50,000 bases of DNA from Chiloscyllium plagiosum (lineage: Eukaryota). Location: contig NW_025214745.1 of NCBI RefSeq assembly GCF_004010195.1, positions 1 to 50,000 of the forward strand. The letters run 5' to 3'. The translations under genes were made by a program, and so were the position numbers. Of this stretch, positions 1-12,187 are shown in pieces (the stretch's first letter is position 1; the number at the start of each line of letters is the position of its first letter). Below the pieces are notes generated by a model that was not told where the DNA came from, searched no databases, and saw only the letters and a list, made by a program, of their open reading frames with translations.

Positions 1-540
1 ATGCAGTTAGTGATATATTGGTAGCACTATCAGTGGAGTAATCTAGGACATATGAGGAGTTAAAGAAAACTATTGTAGGCATGTATGAGCTTTTGCCAGA
101 AGCCGACTGACAACGATTTAGCAATCTGAAGCCTGGTCAAACCTGTATTACGTTTGAAATGATCAAAAAAGTAATTTCTAAAGAAGAAAAGGGGACTTAA
201 AGTAGAGCAAAGGTACGACTCTCTTAGAGAGACAATATTTTTGGAGGAGTCCAAAAATTCACTTCTTGAAGTAAAGAGAAGTCATGTCGAATAGCAGAGA
301 GTGGAAACGGCAAGATTAGAGTCTGTAATGGCTGATGCATACGTCTTGATTCCAATATTCATTTCAATCTATGAGGAAAAAGAATCAGGGAAAAGTGAAA
401 TCCACACGTATTCAGGGAAACGTACGACTTGGTGAGGATCAGAAAGATAACATATTACAGGAGAAAAGGAAATCGTGGAAGGGATAAGAGAAGTTAAAAC
501 AAGGTCTGATGGTTTCACTGAGATTAAGAAGGCCGCGTGA
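1..540 (+). mobile_element. Gypsy (Gmr1-like) LTR retrotransposon gag capsid / SCAN-like remnant, disrupted
   Basis: Translation from 51 gives YEELKKTIVGMYELLPEA, later YDSLRETIFLEESKNSLLEVKRSHVE*QRVETARLESVMADAYVLI. This resembles the YExxKxAILxAYELVPEAYRQRFR...LREIILLEEFKxSLP...AAxMADDY gag motif set. In-frame stops present; 3' boundary uncertain. Confidence 0.7.
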
Positions 541-559
541 AATCAAAGGTTATACTCTC

Positions 560-1015
560 TAATCCATACAGCAAACCCATAACTATCTTCTGTGCTCTTT
601 CTAAACCATTTACATTCTTCCTGTAATGTAACACACTGAATTAAACTCAGTACTCCCAGTATGGCCTGACCAAAATCTGATAAATCTGCAAGACATCACC
701 GTGACTTTTGCATTCATTCCCTAACCAAGAAAGGTAAGCATGCCATAAGCCTTACTTACTACCCTATCGACTTGTGCGACCAAATTTAGGAAACAGTGGA
801 AATGAAGCATAGGTTCCATCTGCACATTAATGCTGTTCAGGGTTTTGCCATCAACTACATACTTCTCCTCAAGATTTAACCTGCCTAAGATCAACACCTT
901 GAATGTACCTCTACGAAACACAATTTGACATTTCTCTGCCCAAATCCACAACTGAATTATATCCCGATGCATCCTTTGGTGGTTTTCTAAAATATGCACA
1001 ATTCCACCGATATTT
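560..1015 (-). mobile_element. CR1 LINE ORF2 fragment (degenerate)
   Basis: Minus-strand VAQVDRVVSKAYGMLTFLG matches the CR1 ORF2 C-terminal motif also seen at about 42840 (SQVDRIVKKAFG). Confidence 0.75.
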
Positions 1016-2280
1016 TTAATTTTTACAACTTATTAACCCATCCATCTTGACGGGACAACTTGCTTGGAGGCATGCGAGCGCCAGTGCAGAGTGATGATCG
1101 ACAAGGTGGCTGGACATTAGAAAGACTGCGATGATCGGGTTTCGGTAAGAATAGAACACGAGTCAGAGTAAAGGCGTAATCGAGTCTCATGCCCATACTT
1201 TTCCCCATTCAATGAAATCTAACTTCAGTTTAAATTCACGACCTAACTCCAAATGGTGTGTTTCTTTCCGTGGAAAGCGAGCCTATTTTGTGCGTGTCTA
1301 TTGTTTTACCCAAGTATTCAAAACTATGTTCTCATCTCCATGTATTTTGGAGAAACAGAAAACATTGAATCGGACATGGCCAGTGGGCCGATTGCTCCTT
1401 TTCCGCCATTCACTCTGAGAACTCGTGATCATCCAACTCAGGTAATTGTTGCAGCACGTTTTCTCTGCTTCGTTTACCCCTTTAGTCGGAAGAATAAGAT
1501 TTATCTCCATTTTGAAAACAGTCCATGTTTTGACGTAAACAGTTTCTCGTGCCTCTGCATTCCACAGGCACGTCATTTACTGGGTAAAGATATTTCTTCT
1601 CAACTCAGTCCCATCTGTTTCATATCCCAGACTGTGCGCCTCTGTTTGATTTCCTGGCGATCCTTCTGCTTTTAACTTGGCCAGTTGGAATGTTGTGGTT
1701 TCTATTTGATTTCACATCATTTTTCGAAACGCCAGTAAATACACACGTAACCAATTCAAACTTTATTCATCCATCAGTCCTAATATCGCAGGAGTCAACC
1801 GACGAAATCATTATTTTGGCTGCTCCGTGGCCAGGGCTTTACTCATCAGAAGGAAACAAAGAATACACGCAGAAATGCAGCTGCTGTGCTTCCATTTCTG
1901 CTCCCTCTGTGTTTTGCTTACCCGCTCTCCCCACTTTTCCATCGTTACAAAATTGATCAATTCAGTTCCAACAAAAGCTTAACTGAACTCAAAATGTCAA
2001 CGGATTCCCTTGTCATAGATGGCGTGAGGTTTCGTAAGATTTGCAATGACCTTCTTTTTCTCTTTCAGATCTCCAGCTTCTGCAATATTTTTATTTTTAT
2101 TTTGAATGCCAATGATTAAACGCATTTTGTTGCGAAGAAGATAGACAACCAGTCATGGTCAATGAGAAATGGTTTCCGTATGCGGTCTAATACCACAGGA
2201 TTAAATCATTTACCTTCTGTAAATGTGAAAACGTAAGGTAATCCTGCGAAGATAGATTATCAAAAGTGTTTAATTATTAG

Positions 2281-3151
2281 TTAAACATGCTTAAATAGAT
2301 GTTTCAGTGCATTCGTCAACTGCTGTCTGCATTTTGTTTCAGTCGCGGCATAAATTGTTGTATTTGTGCAGCAACAGAGGCGCTGCAGCATGAAGCCCAA
2401 TTCCTGCACAAAATCCTGAACAGAGAGACTGATAGCCCAAACTGCTGAACTGCCATAATAGTGAAAAAAAATGTGAAGAATGACCATAAGATGATGAATT
2501 TGGCAAAGAAAAGAAAGAGGAGGGCCATGGATTTTCTTCGACTGCCCACCTCTTCGTCTCTCAGAGCCACTGTACCGCTGGTAATCCATCGTTTCCTGCG
2601 TCCTCTGCTGGTCACTAAAATGTATCTCACCATCAAACTGTTAAGCACGAATATCAGGACAAATGAAACACATGGATTTCGGGTGTTATGAATCAACTTG
2701 ATTGCTCTAAAGACTGGAGACAACTGATCCTCCAAAGTTACCAAACAAAACCACGGCATGTTGGGCCTACGAAACCAACGCTTACATATAATATACTAGA
2801 ATATAATGTCGGAACAACTGATCGCTGTTCCTGTTCCAGAAACTACAGCCGCCGTTTTCTCACTGTAATATCGACATTAGACCTTCTGGTTAAAAAAAAC
2901 ACCCGCAAATCAATCAAAAGTGAAAGTGACAGTGAACCAGATAGAACAGTCAGTGGCTGCATAAAAAATGACATTACACACATGCAGCGACATAATAGAA
3001 TAATTTGAGTGAAGGTGCGGAATATGTCGCAATATCATTTCACGAAGAGTAAGTGTTAGATCCGAGATGGTCATAGACAGCAGGGAATGAGTGATGCATT
3101 CAGACACACCACATTTCCTATGAGGCAGAATGAAAATTGTCATTAAATTAA
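2281..3151 (-). pseudogene. GPR139/GPR142-like class A GPCR pseudogene, main coding exon
   Basis: Colinear 7TM motifs across three ORF pieces: VNLMTIFILPHRKCGVSECIT (TM1-ICL1); YAATDCSIWFTVTFTFD* (TM3, stop in place of the Arg of the DRx motif, 2910-2912); NPCVSFVLIFVLNSLMVRYIL (TM5); DEEVGSRRKSMALLF (TM6); GFMLQRLCCCTNTTIYAATETKCRQQL (TM7/helix 8). Premature stop and frameshifts. Confidence 0.85.
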
Positions 3152-3789
3152 CGATGAGGAGGACAGTAAAACGCATTAGTTATGACCCAAACGATACGAT
3201 TCCGGATAGATTTTCTGAGTATTTTCTTATTCAGTCTCTTTGACCTTAATTACTTAAAGAAATGGTCTGAACGATTTTAAAACATGAAACACAGAACAGC
3301 GGGAACATTAATTCCTCAAAGGAATGCACATGCATGCAGGAGAACAATATGCGAAAATGTCATCGACTAGATCACCAGTAATTCAACACCCATGACCTCT
3401 TTACAGTTACTAATGTCGACGATGGGGCAGTCAGAAAATCTGGCGAGGTTCCCTGAAGGTGGGAATTTCAGAGACACGAGTGGTGGGACAGTTACGAATT
3501 CTGGATGCCAGATTTAACAATGGAGAATGGAGTCACATTTATTCTGAGATTGACTAGGGTGCCAGGCATGAGAGTGGATAATGAAATTACAACAGTACTG
3601 GGAGTGCTAGGGTAGTGTAGAGGTACAACGGAGTTGGATGGAGGCAGAGAGTATGGAGTGTCAAGAGAACACATCATTGAGTGTCAGAAAAGTTCAGGTA
3701 GATAAGAAGATTTTGCACTGGCATACAGTTCAGGACTAAAGTTTTGGAATTCATGTGAGATTGTAAGGTTCAGTTTCACACGTTTGCGC

Positions 3790-5820
3790 AGGAGGTATCT
3801 TCATCAGTGAGCCTCCAGGGAAGGGCTCGTGTCATGTCCCGCTTTCGATTTATGTGTTTGGTTTCTTTGGCTGTTTGGTGATATCATTTTCCTTTCCTGT
3901 TCTCAGAGCATGGTAAATGGAGTCCACATCGATGAGTTTTTTGACAGAGTTCCAGTTGGAATGCCATGATTGTGGGCGGCACGGTGGCACAGTGGTTAGC
4001 ACTGCTGCCTCACAGCGCCAGAGACCCGGGTTCAATTCCCGCCTAAGGCGACTGACTGTGTGGAGTTTGCACATTCTCCCCGTGTCTGTGTGGGTTTCCT
4101 CCGGGTGCTCCGGTTTCCTCCCACAGTCACAAAGATGTGCAGGTTAGGTGAATTGGCCATGCTAAATTGTCCGTAGTGTTAGGTAAGGGGTAAATCGGGG
4201 CAGTGTGGACTTGTTGGGATGAAGGGCCTGTTTCCACACTGTAAGTAATCTAATCTAATCTAAGTTCTGGCAATTCTAGCGCATGTCAATCTTTGGCTTG
4301 TCTGACGATGGATGCGTTGTCCCAGTCAAAATGGTGTTCTTCCTCATCTGTATGTAAGGATATTAGTGATACTGGGTCATGTGTTTTTATGGATAGTTGA
4401 CGTTTATATATCATTGTGGCTACTTTTCTGCTTCGTTGTACAACGTAGTGTTTGTTCCACTCCTTGCAAGTTATTGTGCTTACAGTCTTATCGTATACAT
4501 CAAGTTCATTAACTGCTGGTTAAGTGTGCTGTTGGGTTTGTGTGCTAAAATGATGCCAAGGTGTACGAGTAGTCTGGAAGTCATTTCCGAGATGTCTTTG
4601 ATGGGGGGAAAGTGGCTAGGCGTTCAAGTGTTTGGATATTTTGCTCAGTATTTGGTTCGTGTCTTTTTTCCCTTTGGTGTCAAAGCTTTTTTTTTAAATT
4701 CCCCACTGACTGTTCTCCTGTGACACCTCGGAATGGCAGTTTGTTGTTGTTTTTGTAAATGTTATGGCAATAGGAATATTATTGATGGCTTTGAAGTTTT
4801 CCACTAATTTATTTCGGTTAGTGATGACAAAGGTATCATCCACATAGCAGAACCAAAGTTTGGGTTGGATGGTTGGGAAAGCTATTTGTTTGACACTCTG
4901 TATTACTGATTCCGCGAGGAACCCTGATATCAGTGATCCCATTGATATTCCGTTGATTTACATGTGGCACTTGTTATTGAAAGTGATGTGGGAGATGAGG
5001 CATAGGTCTATTAGTTTGAGGATGTTATCTTTGCTGGTGAAGATGACGGTGTCTGGTATTTGTGTCTTTATTTCATATCACAGGGTAGTCAGTGTTTCTT
5101 TGCTCAGGATGATGATGATGGATGTAAACGTGGCTTTTGCATGAAAGGAGATCATTATTTCATCTTCTTATTCTTGGTGTCTTTAATGGCGTTCAGGAAT
5201 TCTTGGGTGGATAAAATGGAGCGGCGTGTGTCCTATAATACGTGTTTTAGCATGTCGTGGAGTTCCTTGGCTAGTGTGTACGTTGTTGATTACTGTCGTC
5301 AGACCATGGGTCTGAGAGGGGCTCTTGTTTTCAGAATATTGGGTTGTCTGTAAAAGTCTGGCGTGTTGAATCATTCTGGTTCCTTTTTTTATTGGAACTC
5401 TACCTTATTTAATTCTCCTGATTTCGTAAGTCTGTGCTTCTGTTATCTCCTTGTCAGCATGGGTCTATTGCCACCAGTTGGTAGGTGTTCGTATCTGCAA
5501 TATTGCGTTCACTTTTTCATCGCCTGATTAATTTAAAACTACTATCCAGCGTCCATTCTCTGTGGATAGCATTAAGATATTTATGTTTTATTTGAGTCAT
5601 TTTATTGCTTTCCTTTCTTGTGGATTGGGTGTGCTTTCTTCCATTGCCTTGCTTAATGCTGATACAACTGTCTATCTGATGGTTTGCTGAATTTCCTGCG
5701 TGAATTCCTGGTCTTTCAGTGTTGCTTTTAACGCTGCTTAGAAAGCCTTCTTTTTTCGCGAATGTGAAGTCGAAATTTTATCCTTTTACTAAGGCGGCCT
5801 TTTCAGTGTCTGGCAGGACT
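3790..5820 (-). mobile_element. Penelope-like retroelement (RT + GIY-YIG + 3' end), degenerate, interrupted by a SINE
   Basis: Minus-strand MGSLISGFLAE...PKLWFCYVDDTFVI (PLE RT); HFDWDNASI-type endonuclease tail near 4300-4340; 3' terminal sequence at 3790-3970 homologous to 6780-6960. Confidence 0.85.
3974..4263 (+). mobile_element. tRNA-derived SINE (HE1/V-SINE-like)
   Basis: 5' GGGCGGCACGGTGGCACAGTGGTTAGC (A box), GGTTCAATTCC (B box), central GTGGGTTTCCTCCGGGTGCTCCGGTTTCCTCCCACA core, CR1-like tail ending (AATCT)3; near-identical copies elsewhere in the window. Confidence 0.93.
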
Positions 5821-5839
5821 TGTTAATGCTGCTCAGAAC

Positions 5840-7035
5840 GAATTGTCCTCACTTCACTTTCAATAACAACACCTACACGCAAATGAAAGAAACACCAACG
5901 ATATCACCAATATCAGAGTTCCTAGCAAACGCGGTAATATGGAGACTTTAACAAACAGCTCTCCTAACCATGCTACCCAAACTTTGGTTCCCTTACAAAG
6001 ATGACATCTTTGTCATCACTAAACAAAACAATTTAAAAGAAACCTTCATGACGATCAATAATATCATTACGAGCATAAAAGTCAGAAAGGAGGAAAAAAC
6101 AACAACAAATTGATATTCTCAGATGTTACTGTACAGCAAACAGTCAATGGAGAACTGGAAACCAGCGTCTACAGGGAAACGACACATAGGGACCAGATAC
6201 TCAACTACAGAATCAATCATTCCTACGCCCACATACGAAGCTGCATTAGAGCATGAGGTCAACGTGCCACCACATACTGCAGCACGAGGAAGTACAAAAA
6301 GCAGAAGAAAAGATCCGATAATGCATTTTCAAGAAGAACGGGTATACAATAAGCACAGACCGCCATTTTCTCAGCAACAAACACAAACAAGCTGATAATA
6401 GGAGTCCAGAAACCATAGCCATTTTACGCTACATCACAGTCATCTCTGAAATGATTGCAAATTACTCACACCTCTTGGCATCATGATAGCCCACAAGCCC
6501 AACTCACTTAAACATCACCTAATGAGCATAAAAGACACTCGACAGACAACAAACGAAACTACCCTCATTTACAAAATACCTTGCAAGGACTGTTGTAAAC
6601 ACGACATTGGAGAAAAAGACGGAAAACTCGGCAACGGGGCACATGATAATCAGATAGACACAAAAAAGACGTGACCCACTATCGCTAGTGTCTTTACATA
6701 CAGACAAGGAAGGACCTTGTCTGGGACAACATGTCCATATCAGGCAAGCTAAACAGAGGCACGCACGAAAATTCCTGGAATCATGGCATGTTGACACTAG
6801 CCCTATCAACAAACACATCGATATGGATCCCATCCACCATCACTCGAGAAAATGAACCGGAAATGACATCACCAAACATCCGAAGAAACGGAGACGCATA
6901 AATAGTCAGCAGGACATAACATCAACACTTCCTCAGATGCTTACTGATGATGTCACCTTTGAACGTTGCAGCTCAGCAAGCAAACTCACATCCAAAACTT
7001 CAACTTGAGCTATAAATCTTTTCAAAGGTCGCTGA
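5840..7035 (+). mobile_element. Penelope-like retroelement, 5'-truncated, degenerate
   Basis: HFTFNNNTYTQ...SPISEFLA, PKLWFPYKDDIFVI (RT); IYKIPCKDCCKHDIGE (GIY-YIG-like, ORF 6483-6674); terminal region homologous to 3790-3970. Confidence 0.85.
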
Positions 7036-7329
7036 AAGTTTGGAATATTGCAACTTGAAGGGACTAACATGACACAAACCAACATCAATTTAATTGGATA
7101 ATATGTTCCCCGATTTGAAAGGCCTCAATACGCACTGTTCACGATGACGATCACCACCAATTTAACTGAAGCTGATAGAAAATGCTGGGGAAATTAGTTA
7201 CAATATCTCAGTGCCATTCAAAGTTTTAGATACAAATGCAGATCCATTGCGTGCAACTAGCATCTGAAAAGAACTGAGATCAGTTTATGGAGGATCATTA
7301 TTTGAACAGGCTCACGCGTTAACACGACG

Positions 7330-7548
7330 AGAAATTGAGGACTGCAGATGCTGGAGTTCAAAGTCGAGAGGAGGGTGCTGGAAAGAACAGTGGGTCAAGC
7401 CACAACTGAAGAGAAGGAGAATCGACGTTTCGGGCAAGAGCCCTTCATCAGGAGTCCGCATGAAGGACTTGTGATCGAAACTTCGATTCTCATTCTCCTT
7501 GGATGCTGCCTCGCCTGCTGTGCTCTTCTAGCATCCCGCTCTTGACTG
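7330..7548. mobile_element. Short palindromic non-autonomous PLE-terminus-derived element (MER6-like)
   Basis: Imperfect inverted arms centred near 7455: GAGAATCGACGTTTCG...CCTTCAT versus ATGAAGG...CGAAACTTCGATTCTC. Same family as 32924-33147. Confidence 0.75.
7418..7457 (-). ncRNA. Minimal type I hammerhead ribozyme motif
   Basis: Minus strand reads ggacuc CUGAUGA A GGGC UCUU GCCC GAAA C GUC gauucu: intact core, 4-bp stem II, stem I with one mismatch, stem III reduced to the palindrome ACGU. Confidence 0.65.
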
Positions 7549-8019
7549 ACGGTTTAACACTGACATTTCCAGTGAGACAAAGTGAGTGAGCAATGGATCT
7601 AAATTAACACACAATTTATTTCAAAATGAGTATAACTTAAAATATTAATGTGTGCCATCGCAAACGGCCATGAATTGCTCACTTTGGGATTTCCTCTGCA
7701 TTTGACCTTCTCCAGATCTGAGGTGCGGTTTGCAGCAAAAAATCTTCCAAGCATTAACAAAACGCAGAACTGAGATTAATAGTTGTCTAATGTTATCCGC
7801 TTTTCACATAAGAAAGGGAAGGACAGCATGAGGTTTCCAATGGTATGGAATGCGCTTCTGAAGACATGTGAAAGCTTGGTAATAATTCTTAAATCTTGGC
7901 CCACCACTGTTGAAGGAACTGAACCTCTATTAACAAAGTACATAGAATATTTCCGTACAGTACAAGCACTTCAGACCTTGATGCTGAGCCGAAGTTTTAT
8001 TCTACGTTAAGATCAAACT

Positions 8020-8770
8020 AGCCAATGTACCATTCATTTTAGTAACATCTAAGTGCCTATCCAAGAGTCACTTATATGTCGCTAATGTGTCAGATTCTAC
8101 TACCACCACTGGCAGTGCCTTCCACGCACCCACAATTCTCTATGTAAAGAATCAACATCTGACATTTCCCTTAAACCTTCCTCCAATCACTTTAAAATTA
8201 TGTGCATTTCTGATAGCCGTTTATTCTCTGGCAAAAAATATCTCTGACTATTTAATCTTTCTCTAACTCTCAACATCTTGTATACCTCTGTCACGTCGCC
8301 TCTTGCCATTCTTCCGTCCAATGAGAAAATCTTTAATCCTTCAACCTTTCCTCGTAAGATATGTCGTCCAATCCAGGCAACATCCTGGTAAATTTCCTTT
8401 GCATTCTCTGTAGAACATAAAGCATTACAGCGCAGTACAGCCCTTTCGCCTGTGGAGCCAGTCTGAAGCCCATCTATTCTACACAATTCCGTTTACATCC
8501 ATATGTGCATACAATGACCATTTAAATACCTGTAAATTTGGCGAGTCTATTATTGTTGCAGGCAGTATGTTTCACGCCACTAATACACTCTGAGTAAAGA
8601 CTCTACTTCTGACAGCTATCCTATATCTATCCCCCCTCAATTTATCGCTATACCCCGTCATGCTGGCCATCATCATCCGAGGAATGTCCACTCTATCTAA
8701 CTCTCTGATTATCTGAAATGTCACGATTAAGTTGTCTCTCAACATTCGTCGTTCAAAAGAAAATAGTGGA
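8020..8770 (-). mobile_element. CR1 LINE 3' fragments (two pieces)
   Basis: LKIFSLDGRMARGDVTEVYKML and LFSFERRMLRDNLIVTFQII match the CR1 LFSLExRRLRGDLIEVYKI motif. Confidence 0.8.
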
Positions 8771-9444
8771 ACGAGAGTCTGACATACTACGAACATTCAA
8801 ACGACTGTTGGATTGGTACATTCGAAGAGCAGGGTACGTGGATTAGTGTGATTTTAGAGTACGATAAAAGACGGGCACAAAATCCAGGACCGAATGGCCA
8901 GTACTCTGCTGGACTGTTCTGTGCACTGTGCAAACAACCACTCTTTCACATAGGCATCACCCCATAAACAAGCCCCTTGGAAATGCAATTCGGAAATACG
9001 TTTGTTTTTTCCTTCCCAGGTTTTGTTTCTCTCCTGGACAGGGAGAAAGAAACATTCGAAGAAACAGTCTCTGCCTCGTGATTTATAAGAGGAAGTCACT
9101 CTGTCTGAGATTTCTCGCGAACAAGATATCTCAATTATCAGCTCCAGGAGTGAGCAAAATAATCGACCCTGTGAAATCAAATGTATTTGATCTGTGTGAG
9201 CCTTGTAAAGCTCACACATGACTCCTTTATCTTACTGAAAAACAAAGCAACCAGGGAGAAGTCACAGCTGTTTAACTCACTGCATGTCAAAAGAGATATT
9301 TCGGCACGAATATGACAAGACTCCCCGGCAAGAGATATGATTGAGCGCTTCCTATGGGGACTGTATATTCACAATATTGCAAGCAGTCAAGACGAGAATA
9401 TGCACCAATGAAGCATGATCCAGAAGTATGAGTGAGCTTGTTAC

Positions 9445-9532
9445 CGGGATTACCAGAAAAACAAACAAACAATATTATCTTTCAAACGTTCAACATTTAC
9501 GATGTACTGTTTGAAGAAAAGTTCTTGAACAT
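9445..9532 (-). pseudogene. Candidate decayed first coding exon of the GPCR pseudogene
   Basis: ATG at 9532 reads MFKNFSSNSTS*MLNV*KIILFVCFSGNP plus G|GTAAC (phase-1 donor), which would join G|TT (Val) to the exon starting at 3151. Confidence 0.4.
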
Positions 9533-9539
9533 ACTTGAC

Positions 9540-10300
9540 AAATTCCATCCCATCTAATCTCTTTACGTTATGGCAGTCCCAGTCTACGTTATGAAAGTTA
9601 AATCCGCGAGTTTGAAAACTCTACTGAACCTTTAAGTCTCCCTGCTCTATCTGCATAATTGTTCCTCTCATCTGGGTTGACTATTTGGGGGCCTATAGCA
9701 AAACCCCAATAAGGATATCATCCCCTTGGCATTTCATAGCTCCACTCAGAAAGACTCACTGGTTGATTCTTCAATTACTTCATCTCTGACTCCTGCTCTG
9801 ATACTTAATCAAAAATGCACCTCCTTTTCTTTTTCCACCACCTTTGTTCGCTTAAAGCACATATACCCTGTCGAATTTAGCTGCCAGCCCTGTTTCCATA
9901 ATAATTGCAATATCCGTGCCCCACATACCTATTCACGTCCCGAGTACATCGGGCTTGTCTGTCAGACTTCCTGCATTGAAACAGAGGTACGTTAATCCAA
10001 AGGCGTTCCTTGCACTCTGTCATATTACAACCTGACATGTCTCTTTACTGTTTCTGACAAATGGATCTCCTTTCAGGCTTGCATTTGCCTTCATGCTGCT
10101 GAAGATTCCATTCGCTGCCAATCCAGTTAAAACCACCCCTTTTATCACGAGCAAATTTGACAGCCCCGACCGTGGTCTCCCTGAAATTCAGACGCATTCC
10201 ATCCCTTTTGAATAGGTTACCTGAGCCCTAGGAAATATCCCAATGATCTAAAATTCTGAATTGCTGCCCTTTGCACCAAATTTTTTATTCACGCGCTCAT
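9540..10300 (-). mobile_element. Old CR1 LINE fragment (endonuclease-side region)
   Basis: Similar to the degenerate CR1 block at about 18000-18700 (e.g. CCCAGTCTACGTTATGAAAGTTAAATC versus GTTTATATCTGGATAATTTAAGTT); no long ORF. Confidence 0.5.
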
Positions 10301-10604
10301 TGCATATCCTCCTCTTTTTCCCCTCAATGACATGTGGCACTGATGTAATCGAGAGATTACCACTGATGAGGCATTTCGTTTTTGCTTTTTCCGAGCTCTC
10401 TTCAATTGTTTCGCAGGTAAGTGCTCCGTATCCCTTCTTGATGGCTTTATTAATCTCACCTACTACCTCCAGATCCTGGGGGCATGTGCACCAATAACCC
10501 TCTGTTCATCTCTGCTTCTCAGGGTCATCATCTCTTCCATTCCTTCTTTACCCTCTCCAATTACTCTCGCAATTATGCAGATTAAATTCATTGTTCGCTT
10601 TGTG

Positions 10605-11350
10605 AAAAGATTCTAAACATAAGAGGGGATGTCTTGCTACAATTGTACCGGGCTTTGTTAAGAGCACACCCGGTGGACTGTGTGAATTATTGGTCTCAAT
10701 ATCATAGGAGCGACTTTCTCACTTTCGAGGGAGTGCAACAGAAATCTACCAGAATAATTCCTGGAATGGCACTTGTTGACATGTGGAGACATACTTGGTT
10801 GCATTGGAATGTAACAAAGTGCAGAAATGCTGGATAACCTCTGTCAGTATCGATAATCCTTGGCGAGCAAGCAGAGTTCACAGATTTAGTCAGAACAAGG
10901 TGAGTTGACTCGAAACATTAACTCTGTTTTTTCTGCACAAATACTGCCAGAATCTTGAGTTTCCACTGCCATTCCTTTGTCATTCCAGATCTTCCGAACC
11001 AGCAGTTTGTTCATTTATTTAGGTTAGGCCGATAATTACTGGAGAATGGGAGAATCGGTGTGAGTGGCTTCTAAACGTCAAAGAAGACAAGATAAGGTAA
11101 AGTGAGCGAAAGCTGTTCCTGATGACTGAGTATTCTAGAAGTAGGTTCACGGTTTAACCTTAGTTTATGAGTAAGGGAGAGTGTATACGCTAAGACTACA
11201 ACGGAGCTGAATTCACACAGAATGGATCGAACGGCCATTTTTGTGTTTAAATCTCTGTGATGCTATGACCCGCTCCAATCAGCATCCTTCCTCTGCCATC
11301 CTATTCAGATATTGGCTCGGGAGAGAAAGAAAGCAAGGGTTAAAGCAACA
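10605..11350 (+). mobile_element. CR1 3' fragment interrupted by a PLE-terminus-like short element (about 10815-11015)
   Basis: LQLYRALLRAHPVDCVNYWS matches CR1 LxLYKxLVRPHLEYCVQFWSP; internal GACTCGAAACATTAACTCTG is a PLE-terminal-like motif. Confidence 0.6.
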
Positions 11351-11874
11351 TGTGCCTGCAGCCTCAGTCGTGGAAGAATTTAGTGAAGGTCAGCTGAGAG
11401 TGAGCATTACCTCGAAGGAATACCAGCTCACTGTAATTTCAACTCAACCTTTTTATTTCTGGTTATTATTCAATGAATAATCCCATTTTAAATCAAGATG
11501 ATGTTAGAATTATCAATTGCAAGACGTACAGCTACCCAGATATTCGATACAACACTTGATGAAAAATAACTCATCAATGCAAAAACCCTTTTTAACTTCG
11601 TCAACAACCTTACACAAGAGTACAACTTGTGGGAAACGTTCCAAGACTACTGAGTAGTATCACGTCCCTCACACAAAAGGCAGAGGTGTGAGTCACCGTT
11701 TTCTTTGACCCCGGTAAAGTTATTCATCATGGAATTAAAAACGACAGTAGTTTCATGAATGCAAATTGGTTGTATAAGGGGGAACTGAGAATAATGACGC
11801 AAAGCCACAAGTCACAATCAAAGGGTATGCGACGGAGATGAAGAGAAATGTCTTCGTCCAGGGACTGCTGAACG

Positions 11875-12187
11875 TAGATTACATTACAGTGTGGAAACAG
11901 GACTTTCAGCCCAACAAGTCCACACCGACCCGCCGAAGGGCAACCCACCCAGACCCATTCCCCTACATTTACGCCTTACCTAACGCTACGGGCAATTTAG
12001 CATGGCGAATTCACCTGACCTGTACATCTCTGGACTGTGGGAGAAAACCGGAGCACCCGGCAGAAACTCACGCAGACATGGGGAGAATGTGCAAACTCCA
12101 AACTGTCAGTCGCCTGAGGCGGGAATTGAACCTGGGTCTCAGGCGCTGTGAGGCAGCAGTGCTAACCACTGTGCCACCGTGCCGCCC
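11875..12187 (-). mobile_element. tRNA-derived SINE (HE1/V-SINE-like)
   Basis: Full-length reverse complement of the SINE at 3974-4263. Confidence 0.93.

Noticed and set aside
1023..2120. Cluster of overlapping short ORFs
   Set aside because: No recognisable motifs; sizes expected by chance with alternative start codons.
3974..4045. tRNA gene
   Set aside because: A/B boxes are the head of a multi-copy SINE and continue into SINE body sequence.
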